From: Eledone cirrhosa
Lineage: Eukaryota
Assembly (NCBI GenBank): GCA_964016885.1
Contig: OZ024741.1
Location: forward strand, 29,078,001 to 29,142,000
DNA: 64,000 nucleotides
Reading direction: 5' to 3'
This document shows, piece after piece, positions 25,950-40,685 of this stretch. Positions within the stretch are counted from its first letter, which is position 1, and each line of letters opens with the position of its first letter. The position numbers were made by a program, and so were the translations under genes. The notes under the pieces are model-generated. The model had not been told where the DNA came from. It worked only from the letters and a program-made list of their open reading frames with translations, and searched no databases.

Positions 25950-28900
25950 AAAACCCCGTGACCAAGAAATACCGGGATGGCGGCCAACGGGGAATAGCCG
26001 TGTCTCTAGGGGAGAACGACCCCTCTAGTCTTGGTTGACACTCGTTCTAGAAGTGGTAACACGAAATGATTACCCCTTGGCGGATAAGGATAAAACGCGA
26101 CAAAATAAAGTAAATGTCTAATGATAAAATCTCATACCGGATCGGCCGTCACCCGGGTAAAAATGGGCCGCGTCCCTCAGAGAGGAACCAGACTGGGGTC
26201 GAAAAATCAGCTAATGGTTCAAACCTTCCCATCACTTCGGAGCTGGAGACCTCCCATAACCGGAATACTCCTACTGTTGGCCCTCCATGCTCACCACCAA
26301 GAAATCCAAAGAAAAAGAGAGAAAAATGGTCAAGGGAAGATAATAAAGAAGTCCTTGAGGCTTTCTACACTGCTATGTACTACCCATCAAATACATCGAA
26401 TACAGAACAAACATATATCAACTGGAAAAAGAACATCCCGAAAACTGAGGCTATATTGACAGTAACAAACTAGCCAATATACGAAGAAATATTGTAAGAA
26501 AAAAGTTACTAACTGATATAGAAATTGATCAGATCAAGCTATTAGCACAAAGTCAGCGAAGGGAAAATGAAACATGTGTCAGTGAAAACGAGGTAAACTG
26601 TAACACTTCGAATCCCAGGGTTGGGGCGGAATCACTGGCAACAGAACAAATTAAAGAAAGGATCGAAAAAGTGGAGGGAGTGCATGCTCAGGATGAAACT
26701 CCAAATGAAAATAATGAGATCGTAAATGATAAAGAAATGAATGAGAATGAACTTGCCAACTTAAAGGATGAAATTATGATCGAATGGATGAAAATGAAAG
26801 AATCTGACATGGGGCAACGAGACACCCTCCCTAAGATCCAGAACTCCAAACAGAACCAAAAGATAATACACAAGACTAACATAATTCTCAAAAACATTAT
26901 CATCACAAACAAACTAAACATTACTGATTTAAATCATCTCTATTATGCATCGGCTAAAGTCACCACTCACTTATGTGGAGTGAAGATGAAAAAACAAAGG
27001 AATTCCCACAAGAAATCTACTTGGCAAGAGAACATCAATCGCCAAATAAACCTTCTCCGATCTGACATAGAAATTTTAACAAACTATAAAGTAGGTGAAC
27101 ATGTTAAACAAACTAAACTTAGAAAATTGAAAAAAAAGTACAGTATAAAATCAACATGTGACATAGACATGCTGATAGAAATAATCAAGGAAAAAGTGTC
27201 GGCCAAAGCTGCTCGTATAAGGCGCTTTGAAAAACGATCTAGATTCTATAAGGACAATAATATGTTCAAAAACAACCAAAGAAACTTCTACAGAAAAATT
27301 GGTAAGTCAACAATAACTGCTAAATCAATACCACCCAAGGAGGAAGTGCAAGAATTCTGGGAAAAGATCTGGGCTGAAGAAAAAGTTCATAACATACATG
27401 CCCCATGGACAGACAGACAAATGAAAGATACAGCTCACCTTGAGGAACAAATATGGGAAAATATAACAGTTGAACAGTTGCGCTTGGCTCTAAGAAAAAC
27501 CAGCAAATGGAAATCCCCAGGAAAAGACAAAATACAAAACTTTTGGATAAATGCCTTCACAGAGTCTCATGAGCTGTTAGCCCAACTTTACAATGAAATA
27601 GTTAAGGAGCCAGAAAAGATACCATCATGGCTAGTTAACGGCATTACATTCCTGCTTCCGAAGAATGATGAGACAAACAATCCCAAAAATTACAGACCGA
27701 TAACTTGCTTGACCACAATGTATAAAATGTTAACATCAGTCCTAAATGAATACACATATGACCAACTGATAACAAATGACCTATTTCCCATTGAGCAGAA
27801 AGGGTGTAAACGAGGCTCATATGGCTGTAAGGATCAGCTTCTGGTTAACAAAATCAGGAGGTTTTTGTCATTCAGTATGAAGACATGGAAAACGACACTC
27901 CTTTTGAATAGTGAAACAAAATCACTGGAAGCTGGAGAAGTTAATATTAATTGTGGAATTTTTCAGGGTGACTCTTTATCACCGCTTTTATTCTGCATCG
28001 CAATTATACCATTAAGTAAAATGCTCAATGAAACAAAACACGGATATAAAGTCTATGACAAAACCATTAATCACCTGTTCTACATGGATGACCTGAAACT
28101 ATTTGCAAAAAATGATGAACAATTGCAAGGGCTATTATCCACTGTGGAGCAGTTCAGTGATGACATTAAAATAGAGTTTGGACTAGATAAATTCGCCAAA
28201 GCAACGTTCACCAGAGGAAAGCTGCTGAAGAGTTCAGACATTAATCTTGATCGGGGGAACGTGATAAGAGAACTTGATCAAGAAAAAACTTACAAATATC
28301 TAGGTGTTTGTGAAGGAGACGGAATCAAGCACTCGACAATGAGGGAAAGGATAAGGAAGGAATGTTACCGCAGAGTCAGAGCAATCTTAAGAACGGAATT
28401 GAATGCAAGGAATAGGATCGATGCCATAAACACGCTTGCCATACCAGTAGTAACCTACAGTTACAATGTCATCAACTGGTCAAGCACAGAGATCCGTAGG
28501 CTCGATACAAAAATCCGAAAATTCTTAACCATGCACAGAATGCATCACCCTAAGGCAGACATAGATAGAATATATCTCCCTAGGAAAGAAGGAGGACGTG
28601 GGTTAATCCAGTTAGACATTGCGTTGAAAACTGCAACAATTGGCTTATCTACATATCTAAGGGAATCACATGATTGGATGATCAAACTCGTTTTGAAACA
28701 CGAAAGCATCAAAAGATCATATTCCATTACAAAAGATGCACAAAGATACAGTAATGGACTACACATTTCAGAAGTCCCATTTACTGCTTAAATGGAAAAC
28801 ACAGAAAAAGCAAAGCAGGTAAAAGTAACTGCAAAGAAAGAACTGCTACAGAAACTGGCTAAGAAATGGCAAGAAAAGCCTCTGTATGGAAAATACCCAG

Positions 28901-29795
28901 AGCGAGCTAACAATCCCGATGTTGACAAAACTTTAACCCATCAGTGGTTGGCATCCTCTGGACTGAAATCGGAGACTGAAGGACTGATTATATCAGCACA
29001 AGATCAGTGTCTGCCAACAAAAAATTACCAAGCCAACATAATAAAAAATGGGTGCAGCCCATTATGCCGTGTATGCAAAAAACAACCAGAGACCATTGAC
29101 CATATAATTTCAATGTGCAGTCCTATAGCTCCAACCGAATACCTAAACAGTTATGAAAGAGCTGCACAATACATACATTGGATAATATGTAAGCATTTTG
29201 ACCTGCCCCATCAAAAGAATTGGTGGGAGCATCAACCACCTCCCATACTTGAAAAAGATCACATCTCAATCTTGTGGAACTTTAGCATCCAAACCAGACC
29301 GAAAAATAGATGCAAATAGACCTGATATAATATTGAAGGACTTTCAAAGGAGGGTATGCCTGCTAATTGATATGTCTGTTCCAATAGACAAGAATGTATC
29401 TATAAAAACATTTGAAAAATTGAGCAAGTATAAGGACCTGGAGATAGAAATTGGAAAAATGTGGAAATTGAGAACTAAAACAATACCAGTGGTTGTAGGC
29501 GCTCTAGGAATGATACCTAAGGGGTCTAACGACTACTTATCGCAAATCCCAGGAAACCCGCATATAGGAGAAATACAAAAGATAGTACTAATGGGAACTG
29601 CCCATATACTAAGGAAGATCCTGTCAATATAAGTACACCACAAGACTAAACACTAAGGATGCATGTGTGAATATGTATGTTCTTTCTTGAACATGGCGGA
29701 CCTTGTTGTCTCTTGAGGTCAATGGTTGTGACTTGGTGATAACTCGTATGAACATAAAGCAAGATAAATGCAAATAATAATAATAATAATAATAT
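25950..29795 (+). mobile_element. Near full-length, defective R4/Dong-clade non-LTR retrotransposon
   Basis: Single broken ORF 26114-29632: N-terminal KWSREDN; RT motifs KSPGKD, YRPITCL, GIFQGDSLSP, YMDD, YLG; C-terminal CRVC...H...C knuckle and RPD...D...K restriction-like endonuclease; (TAA)n 3' end. Confidence 0.93.
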
Positions 29796-30158
29796 AATAA
29801 TAATAAGAAGAAGAAGACGAGGAAGCTAATGAACATGCCCTCATAAGAAGGTAATGAGCTTACACGTTGCCTAATATTTAAGTTCAAATTTCATACAATA
29901 TTCGTGGGATGATTTTAATTCTTAACTGTATAAAATTATCTTGCATTGGGTTTTCGGTAAGAAAAAAATTTCTTTGTATCTAAATTAAAAATATACAAAC
30001 AAATAATTAAATTATATGATATCAACTGTAAATTTTGAACATATTTAACTATATAATCTCACAGGGTTCTTTCTAAATATATATAATTCATGAGCGTTCC
30101 TGTTGGGCGTAGCTGAAAAGCTGTCATCTGTATAAAGACATCTTTGCTAGGCAATATA

Positions 30159-31051
30159 CGAGGTGTATCAGAAAAGTTCCAGGACTGATGTCACAAAAGA
30201 TTTATTTCAAACCCAAACTTCACACTAAGAGTTTTCTCCTTCAAAGTAATCCCCCTGGAGTCTAATGCACTTTTCCATCCTTTTCTGCAACGCTTGCATG
30301 CACTCCTGGAAGGATTCTTCCGGGATACTCCGCAGTTCCGTCGTCACGGCCATTTTGATGTCCTCCACGTCTTCAAAACGGGTCCCCTCCGGGTCGTACT
30401 CGAAGATCCATGACTCATCACTGGTGATTACTGTCCCTAGCAAGTGTAGTTCGGTTTCAAGACGCTCGAGGATGTCCTGGCACACTTTCATACGTCGACC
30501 CTTCTGGTCATCGTTCAGCAGTTTTGGCACCATCTTCGCGCAGACTTTCCGCATGTCCAAATCTTCAGTGAGAATCTTCCAGGCGCTGTCCCGATTCATG
30601 CCCAGCTCAGTTGCCATCAGTCGAACAGTCAACCGACGATCGCTACGCACCATCTGCCTGACGCGCTCAACGTTGACCTCAGTCCTGGTTGTTGAGGGCC
30701 TTCCGCTCCTGGGGTCATCTTCCACGTCCTCGCAATCTTTAAACCTCTTGCACCCCTCAAAAATACGTGAGCGTGACATCGTCTCATCTCCATGAACTTG
30801 CTGCAGCAATCCCAGTGCTTCTAACGGAGTTTTCAAGTTTGTTCTTTGCTCTGTGCTCATTGCTTGACGACCTGAAACAGAGGACATGTATATAAAATTA
30901 TGAAGAAAAGAGTTTGATCGCTGCAGAGAACTAAGATTACAGTTACATACTCCAGGGGAATTACTTTGAAGGAGAACACTCTTAGTGTGAAGTTTGGGTT
31001 TGAAATAAATCTTTTGTGACATGACTCCTGGAACTTTTCTGACACACCTCG
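30159..31051 (-). mobile_element. Internally deleted mariner (Tc1/mariner) transposon
   Basis: TA flanks; inverted termini 30159-30261 and 30949-31051; HTH region (DDPRSGRP), KMVPKLL, TSDESW, and C-terminal GDYFEG. Confidence 0.93.
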
Positions 31052-31101
31052 TATATATATATCTATATACTGTACCGATTGTGTTGTTATTTCTGTTTAC
31101 C

Positions 31102-31195
<94 letters not shown>

Positions 31196-31627
31196 TTATT
31201 TATTTATACAAACAACAGAAGGCCGGACTGGAAATTTGCTTTACAATTTTAATTCCGCGAAAACAATACATATTTCAATGCTCAGTTTTATCATCCGATC
31301 ATGATTCAAGACTTAGGTTATTTCATCAGGTGTTAATTGCAAATTAGTTCCATAAGACAAAAGGATTACATCGAACACAATAGAATATATATAGGAAATA
31401 GAATATTTACTATAATACCAGATTAAAGTTTAAGCAAAGAATCGCTGCTTTCACCCTTAACGGGATCTTCTGAAAATAGAATATATATATATATACAAAG
31501 GTTATATTTAATTTGTTGGAATTCAACAAACTTAAAAGTTTTATAACTGATATAAAGCACTCAACAGTTGGTGGAGTAAATATTCATTATATTAATAAAT
31601 GGAAACTATATTTATAAAAGCATAATT

Positions 31628-31691
31628 ATTTTATTATATATATTTCAAGGGCAACCAAGGCAAATTTTGGTGCGCTTTCATCAGATAAAAT
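31628..31691 (-). ncRNA. Type-I hammerhead ribozyme (same type as 15135-15187)
   Basis: AUUUUAU-CUGAUGA-AAGCGCACCAA(...)UUGGUUGCCCUU-GAAA-UAUAUA-UA-AUAAAAU; perfect 7-bp stem I. Confidence 0.75.
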
Positions 31692-31758
31692 ACAAAATTT
31701 GTTTTATAAATGTTGACATACCCGCCGAAGAACAACCTTGACGGTTGGAGGTTCGCTG

Positions 31759-31792
<34 letters not shown>

Positions 31793-31870
31793 AGGTCGTA
31801 ACTGTTGCATAACTGTTATCAGGAAAATATAACAGCGGTTATGACTAAGGGAAGTGAATTATAACCCGTT

Positions 31871-33115
<1,245 letters not shown>

Positions 33116-33139
33116 ATATATATATATATATATATATAT

Positions 33140-33720
33140 CTTGTGCTGTGCAAAAGATCCAAAATATAAATTAAGATAATTTCGTATAGTACAGCCACCT
33201 CTTTTTCCAAGGATGAATTATGAAGAAAAAAATTTGGTATTGTTCTGTGCATAATTATTTTAATGGCAGCTTCATTGGTTGTTACACATTATTGATGAGT
33301 GTGAAAACTTGCAGAAGGGGTTTAAGCAATGAAAGTATAAATTTTGTATGATAAAAGTGAGTAGATTTACACTCTTGTCTATCAGGACTACACCTAAAAT
33401 TATTATTTTTATACAAAAGATCATTTAATCTAGAATATGTGTTCAGTATTCATAAAATCTTTTTGGGTTGATTAACCTGTATTTAGGATTATTGAGAAAA
33501 TTTGATTTGGGAATTTTAAGAGTAGTAAAGCTACGAATTCTAAATTGTCATCTATATCAAGAGCAGTGGAAAATTCCTAAGATTTCCAGAGTATTTTTCA
33601 AATGTTGGAAATCTTATCAGATACCTACTATTAAATATAACATTTTACCAACTTTAGTAGATTTTTGGATTTGTTTGACGATACTTGTTTTCCCTTCGGA
33701 AATATGTAAAAATATATTCA
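33140..33720 (-). pseudogene. Highly decayed PLE reverse transcriptase fragment
   Basis: Minus-strand SFTTLKIPKSNFLNNPKYRLINPK resembles the PLE RT motif (FITLKDHKxNFxNNPKCRLINP). Confidence 0.6.
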
Positions 33721-34148
33721 TTTTTAAAGAGAATTGAAAGTTAATGTGGACTTTTCGGAATCTTAAAATATGACGTTAAACATACATCCATATATGTGTA
33801 TATATATATGCACACACACACACACGCCCCCCACCCCTATATATATATATATGTATGTATGTATGTTTGAATGCATATATATCTATATAATATGTATACA
33901 TTATTATATATATATGCATATATATATAATCCTGGTATGTGTATATGCATTTTTTCTTCTAACTTTAATTTTATACCTAATTGTGTATGGTTGACGATAT
34001 ATTTAATCGATTTCCACGTGCTATTGAAATGCTGGGTAAATATTCTATAGCCTGGTTTAATTGTTTTTTTTTGTGTGGTTGATTATGCTAATTGGGAGAG
34101 GAAATGTAGTATATATCTTATCAAATGATTCTATGGACAACATTTATA

Positions 34149-34217
<69 letters not shown>

Positions 34218-34301
34218 TACACATATATATATATATATGTATGAATATATATACATATATATATAATATATATATACATATATATATGTATATATATGTA
34301 C

Positions 34302-34358
<57 letters not shown>

Positions 34359-34826
34359 CACACACACACACATATATATATACATATGTGTGCCTGTATA
34401 CAGTCACAGACACATAGAGATATAATTTATTGATAAAACTCTACAATGGCGGAGTACACGTCAGTTTCAAACGTACAAAACACAGGAACATCTCGACAGT
34501 TATACTCGATGGACCGGTTGCCTTCCCTGTCTTCATATCTTTGATTGCCTTACTTACTACGCTGCTGCTGACTCCTCTATAGGGTCTACTTGGGGTAGGG
34601 TCTCTTCTTCCCATGCATTCTCCTCATTTTTATAAGTGATATGATATTTTACTAATTTCTATGTATACACATTTGAAACCCAAATGTGTTGCCATGGGAC
34701 AACACAAATATTTAATTATCAAGTTGCTTATTTTATATTTGGAAATATCTACTTGTTTTCAATTGATTAATAGATTTTAGGGAAATTATATTTTGATGTT
34801 ATATATATATATATGTATGTATGTAT

Positions 34827-34944
<118 letters not shown>

Positions 34945-35090
34945 GTATGTATGTATATATAATATATATATATATATAGATATGTCTGTAAATATATATA
35001 TGTATGTATGTATGCATCTATGTATGTATGTGTATATATATATATATAAATGCATATATATATATATATATAAATACAGACACACACACG

Positions 35091-35169
<79 letters not shown>

Positions 35170-35239
35170 GTATAAATAATGGGTATAAATCAAAGTTGTA
35201 GCTGCAGTATAATCGTATATATGTATATATCTATTTTTA

Positions 35240-35288
<49 letters not shown>

Positions 35289-35295
35289 GTCTGTC

Positions 35296-35344
<49 letters not shown>

Positions 35345-35477
35345 ACACACACACACACACTCACATATATATATGTTATGTATGTATGCATTTATGTATG
35401 TATGTATGTATCTATATATTGTATGTATGTATCTATATATGTATTTATGTATTTATGTATGTATGTATATAGGTATG

Positions 35478-35892
35478 TAGGAAAACTCTGATATAACACC
35501 TGCAACCCTGATGGTATCCAATGATGTTGACTTGTTCTTCTTTTTGGTAAATATCATCTTGGTTAAGAGAGTGGGACTGGCTTTGTGCAGTGCCTTTGCT
35601 CACTATAAAAGCTTCACGGCACAGGCATTGCTTTATATCTGGAGATCTCTCTGCACTTGTCGTCACATGGCACCATGGGCCCAGCGCTATGTGTCAATAA
35701 TTGTCACAAGTGTAGTGTTTGTACCAGAGTTTTCAAGTCGCTGGCTGGACTGAAAAGTCACAGTCGTTCAGCGCATTGGTAGGGGTTCTCCTACATGGAT
35801 ATAAAGTAGTGGCCGTACTCGAAAACGAGTTGGCAGCCACCATGTATGTATGTATGTATGTATGTATGTATGTATGTATGTATGTATGTATG
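35478..35892 (+). mobile_element. Non-autonomous RTE-derived element with (ATGT)n tail
   Basis: GGAAAACTCTGATATAACACC (RTE 5' UTR-type motif) joined to CSVCTRVFKSLAGLKSHSRSAH C2H2 terminus; near-identical to 38527-38906. Confidence 0.72.
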
Positions 35893-36484
35893 TTCTAGAA
35901 CAATAAATTAATTTCTAATAATTTTTTCATTTCTGACATATAATGTGCAAACGTCTAGATTTCATCTAAATGAGAAATAATTAATGGAGTAGTCGTATAA
36001 TGTATACACCCATATATACACACACACATATATATATATATATATACATACACACGCACACACACATATATACATATGCACGCACACACACATACACTTA
36101 CACACACATATATGCATACATACGCACACACAAGCAGACACACACATACATACACACATATACACATGCACACACACACACAAGCACACAAACACATATA
36201 CATACACACACAAGCATACACACACACATATATATATACACACGCAGATACAAACGCGCACACACACACATATGCATACACACACACACACCCACACGTA
36301 TATACATACACACATACACAAGCACACACACATATATACATACACATGCACACACAAGCACACACACATATATACATACACACACACAAGCACACACATA
36401 TATATAATTTATGTATAATAATTTATCATTTCTAACGCGTTCAAACAGCTAAATTTTACTTTATTAGTAAATGAATTGTATAAT

Positions 36485-36671
36485 AGATAATTGTTTCTAC
36501 TTTTGGCACAACAATTATCCCAGTGTATTACTGGTACTTTATTTTATCGACACCGTAATGATGAAAGGCAAAGTTAACCTCGGCGGGATTTGGACTCAGT
36601 CCGTAAAGGGACGTAACTGTGTTGCAAAGCATGGCGTCCGACCCTCTTCCGATACTGCCAATCCACCGACC
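36485..36671 (-). mobile_element. tRNA-derived SINE (octopus-type)
   Basis: Homologous to 50161-50360 and 51017-51207. Confidence 0.85.
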
Positions 36672-36715
36672 CTCTAATTAATGACGTATATATATATATA
36701 TGTATATATATATAC

Positions 36716-36802
<87 letters not shown>

Positions 36803-36812
36803 GAGAGAGAGG

Positions 36813-36843
<31 letters not shown>

Positions 36844-36914
36844 AAAATTCCGACCGCGGTGCCAAGTGGTTTCGGCTTGTGTGTTCAAGAACCCTTTTAT
36901 ATGTATGTATGTTA

Positions 36915-37458
36915 TGTCAGGTCACTCTCGAGTGCTACTGGTAACATGTAACCCCGTACAGTCTGTCTCATGGTCGGATCGTCGACGACTAAACGGGAAA
37001 CCCCAACAAGCTTGTTTGGTGAAGGGTGGTGGTGATATCTGGACAACCTGCAGGATGAAATCTAAGACCCGGCAAAAGGTGGAGGAATTCAGCAGAGCCA
37101 ACGGCCATGCAAATAGTACTATTTTTTTCCCACCTGGGAGTGAAAGGCTCCTAGTTGTTGTCATAACACCTTTCTAAGAGAGGGAAACTCTGTAAAAAAA
37201 AGAGAAAATTGCGGCTTCGGAAGCACCTGATTATGTTGACCAGTTCTCCTTTTCTGGTAGTATTTTTGATGCTCAGACATCGGGGTTGGTCGAGTGCAAG
37301 GCCTTTCCCCATTTTAAAAAAACCTTCAAAGCAGAGGCATTGCTTTTTCAGGATGTTGCAGGTTCATGTGACTGGCCGTAGCCTAAAGGTGCAGCAACTC
37401 TATAATCTGACAAGCGATTGCAATACTCTTAGCCGAGTTTGCAGCCATCATGTATGTA
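36915..37458 (+). mobile_element. Related RTE-derived non-autonomous element (long 5' UTR plus 3' end)
   Basis: CTAAGAGAGGGAAACTCTG motif; 3' end ATACTCTTAGCCGAGTTTGCAGCCATCATGTATGT parallels GTACTCGAAAACGAGTTGGCAGCCACCATGTATGT. Confidence 0.55.
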
Positions 37459-38305
37459 TTGAGATTTGTATTGAGGCAGTTACTAACATACCCCAATGCC
37501 CCAATAATCACAGCCATAAATCTGAAGGTGTAATCAGGGTGGAGTATCTGCAGATTTCTCATCAGTTCTGCATAAATATTCTCCCTTTCGCTAATCTTTG
37601 ATATTATATTGGCATCTGCTGAACAGTTAATTTCCACTACTGTGCATGCTTTCTTTTCCCTGTCCCATATCATAATATCTGGTCTGTTATGCCTGCATTT
37701 TATTGGGGTTTTTACTGGAACATTCCACCAGTACTCTTTCATATTATGTACATGGATGTCTTCCACATTGCTGTAGCTTTTAATGTGTTTATTATCGAGG
37801 CTATCATTTTTACGAACTGCATTGTACAGTGTTTTGGCCACTACATCATGCCTCATAGGTAGATAAGTACCGCGATGACATCTTTGGACAGCTGCTGATG
37901 ACATGGGTGACATCTTCGATGTTAATTCTGCAGAGTCTGCACTTGTTATCACATCTATGTGTTTTGCCTGCATCCCTATCGCTTTTGTGAATCAGGTATT
38001 TCGTGTTAATCTCCTGTTCTTGGATTGCAAAAGCGTATCCTTCAAAGTGGGAGCCAATATAGCGGTTGTTGGTCCAAGATAGACTACTTTCCTTATCTAT
38101 ATTACTCTCACTCTGGAACGTCCTGGCAACATATCCATGCATGATTTTTTGCTGATAAGCATGCAGTTTTTCATCGATGGATTCACTGCGATACTGCTGA
38201 GCGACTTCCCTGGGTGTGAAGTTTTGATTATCACACAGGGAATATCTCTCGAGCAGTTCCTTCCCAACTCACATGATATTATCTGTTTCATGCAGATAGA
38301 CTTGC
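37459..38305 (-). mobile_element. R4/Dong-clade 3' fragment (second family)
   Basis: MHG...FEGYAFAIQEQEI...CRLC...H...C...RHD...RPDIMIWD...E...IIGALG. Confidence 0.88.
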
Positions 38306-38459
38306 TCGAGAGACGGGCTCCTACGCTTCGAGGTTCGTATGTATGTATGTATGTATGTATGTATGTATGTATGTATGTATGTATGTATGTATGTATGTAT
38401 GTATGCATGTATGTATGTATGTATGTATGTATGTATGTATGTATGTATGTATGTATGTC

Positions 38460-38910
38460 AATGGCCATCCAAAATCACCGGGAGAGATGACCCCTTAGCC
38501 TTTGTCAAGGCAGAATTCTAGGAGACGGAAAACTCTGATATAACACCTGCAACCCTGATGGTATCCAATGATGTTGACTTGTTCTTCTTTTTGCTAAATA
38601 TCATCTTGGTTAAGAGAGTGGGACTGGCTTTGTGCAGTGCCTTTGCTCACTATAAAAGCTTCACAGCACAGGCATTGCTTTATATCTGGAGATCTCTCTG
38701 CACTTGTCGTCACATGGCACCATGGGCCCAGCACTATGTGTCAAGAATTGTCACAGGTGTAGTGTTTGTACCAGAGTTTTCAAGTCGGTGGCTGGACTAA
38801 AAAGTCACACTCGTTCAGCGCATTGGTAGGGGTTCTCCTACATAGATATAAAGTAGTGGCCGTACTCGAAAACGAGTTGGCAGCCACCATGTATGTATGT
38901 ATGTATATAT
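38460..38910 (+). mobile_element. Non-autonomous RTE-derived element flanked by (ATGT)n on both sides
   Basis: Longer copy of 35478-35892 including CTAGGAGACGGAAAACTCTGAT. Confidence 0.72.
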
Positions 38911-39056
38911 GAATGTATGTATATATGCATGTATGTATATATGTATGTATGTATATATGCATGTATGTATGTTGAATACTCAAGCTGAAACCATGCATTT
39001 AGTACTCCCATCATTGGTCTCGCCATTCTTCGTACTGCAGACTGCCTCTCCACCCC

Positions 39057-39121
<65 letters not shown>

Positions 39122-39124
39122 GAC

Positions 39125-39330
39125 AGACGTAAAATAAGAAAATTATAAAATTAACTTACTTACTAAAATATTTTAGTAAGTAAGTTAATTTTATAATTTT
39201 CTTATTTTACGTCTCTCATATTATTGTTCTGCAACCCCATGCATTGAACCACAATGTTACTAAGACAAAACCTATATATTTGCTAGCCTTGATATGCATC
39301 TGTATGTATATATATGTTACTAGATATTAA
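39125..39330. repeat. Perfect 90-bp palindrome plus tail; same family as 15741-17005
   Basis: Centre at 39169/39170; shares TTTTCTTATTTTACGTCT...TATTATTGTTCTGCAACC...GCATTGAACCAC. Confidence 0.88.
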
Positions 39331-39332
39331 TT

Positions 39333-39400
<68 letters not shown>

Positions 39401-39605
39401 ATATTAAGGATACTATTCGTGGTGGTTATGTATATACTAAAACTTTTATAGTTATATATATTTTAAACCTTAAACAGTGAAGGTCAGTAATTTATTACTA
39501 CCTTATTACCAGTAAGATAAATAGCTCAATTTAATAACATCAATTGTTCTACAGAGCCGTTATATAGAATTCACAAGAATCAAAGCTATGTTCAAAGCAT
39601 TTATT

Positions 39606-39652
39606 CACTTATAATTGTTTCATCCAAACCTAGGCTTGAAGTCTTCGGAGCA
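39606..39652 (-). ncRNA. Hammerhead-like motif with CCGAAGA core
   Basis: GCU-CCGAAGA-CUUCAAGCC(UA)GGUUUGGAU-GAAA-CAAUUA-UA-AGU. Confidence 0.5.
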
Positions 39653-40481
39653 TTTTTCAATGTTTGTACACATGATTGACCTCCTTTCCAACGCAAGAGA
39701 CATACAGGTGCATATGTATATATTGATGTACAGTGGAGTGACATATATTATATTATATTATTTCTGTATAGCAATTCAAATTCAAAATCAAAATCAAAAT
39801 TAAAATTAAAACAAAATTAAAACAAAATTAAAATACATTCGGCAGTTAACATAGATAATGCAAGAGGATAGTTTGTTAGTCAGATGTAGTAGTTATTGTA
39901 TGCGTTAGTTACACGTGGGGCATGCACGTGTGTCTCATTTATATATGATTATTGTGTGGCAGGGTGTTACATGTAATACAAGCACTTTAAGCGGGTAAGT
40001 AAGAGTATTATGGAGGTTGTAGTGGTAAGGTATTTTTTGTATATAATAAAAAGTATGTGTGCAAAAAAATAAAAATAAAAAGGAGAAGCAAAAGAAAGTT
40101 ATGGTTTTCGTATCCAATATATATATATATATATATATTTGTGTGTGTATGTATCTGTCAGCAGTACCACAAACACTGCGTGATTCAGGATAGATTCGTA
40201 TAAGGAAGCATACACAGATGTTTACGATAAGAGGTATATATACATATAAAATATATATATATGGCTGTTAATACGTTAAGCTATGGTCCTCCGTGAGAAC
40301 CCTAAGCGCTATATAGTATTTTAAAATCATTAATCCATAACCAGTGACATTTACTCACCTGATACTGAGCTATGAGAGCTAGAGTTTCTTATATATAGAC
40401 TGCGATTAATACGTTTTGGGCGACGCATACTCGTATTATCATACAGTGCGAGCTTGATGGGTTTATTAGCAGTACTATTAA

Positions 40482-40685
40482 CCCTTTAGCACTTAAAATG
40501 GCCATATCCGGCCATAATTCTCTCACCTCTTTCTGTTCAAACAGACTGTTTATAGTTATGTTAAGGTATTGTTCTCAAAATAAATAATATCAAAATCTCA
40601 GTTTTCATGTTATGAGATTATATAAGGTAAAGCCTTTACCTTGAAAATACAATAGTAAATATAGAGTAATGTAAATGCTAAAGGG
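40482..40685. mobile_element. piggyBac-type MITE with TTAA target-site duplication
   Basis: TTAA|CCCTTTAGCA...TGCTAAAGGG|TTAA; homologous to 20106-20325. Confidence 0.88.
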
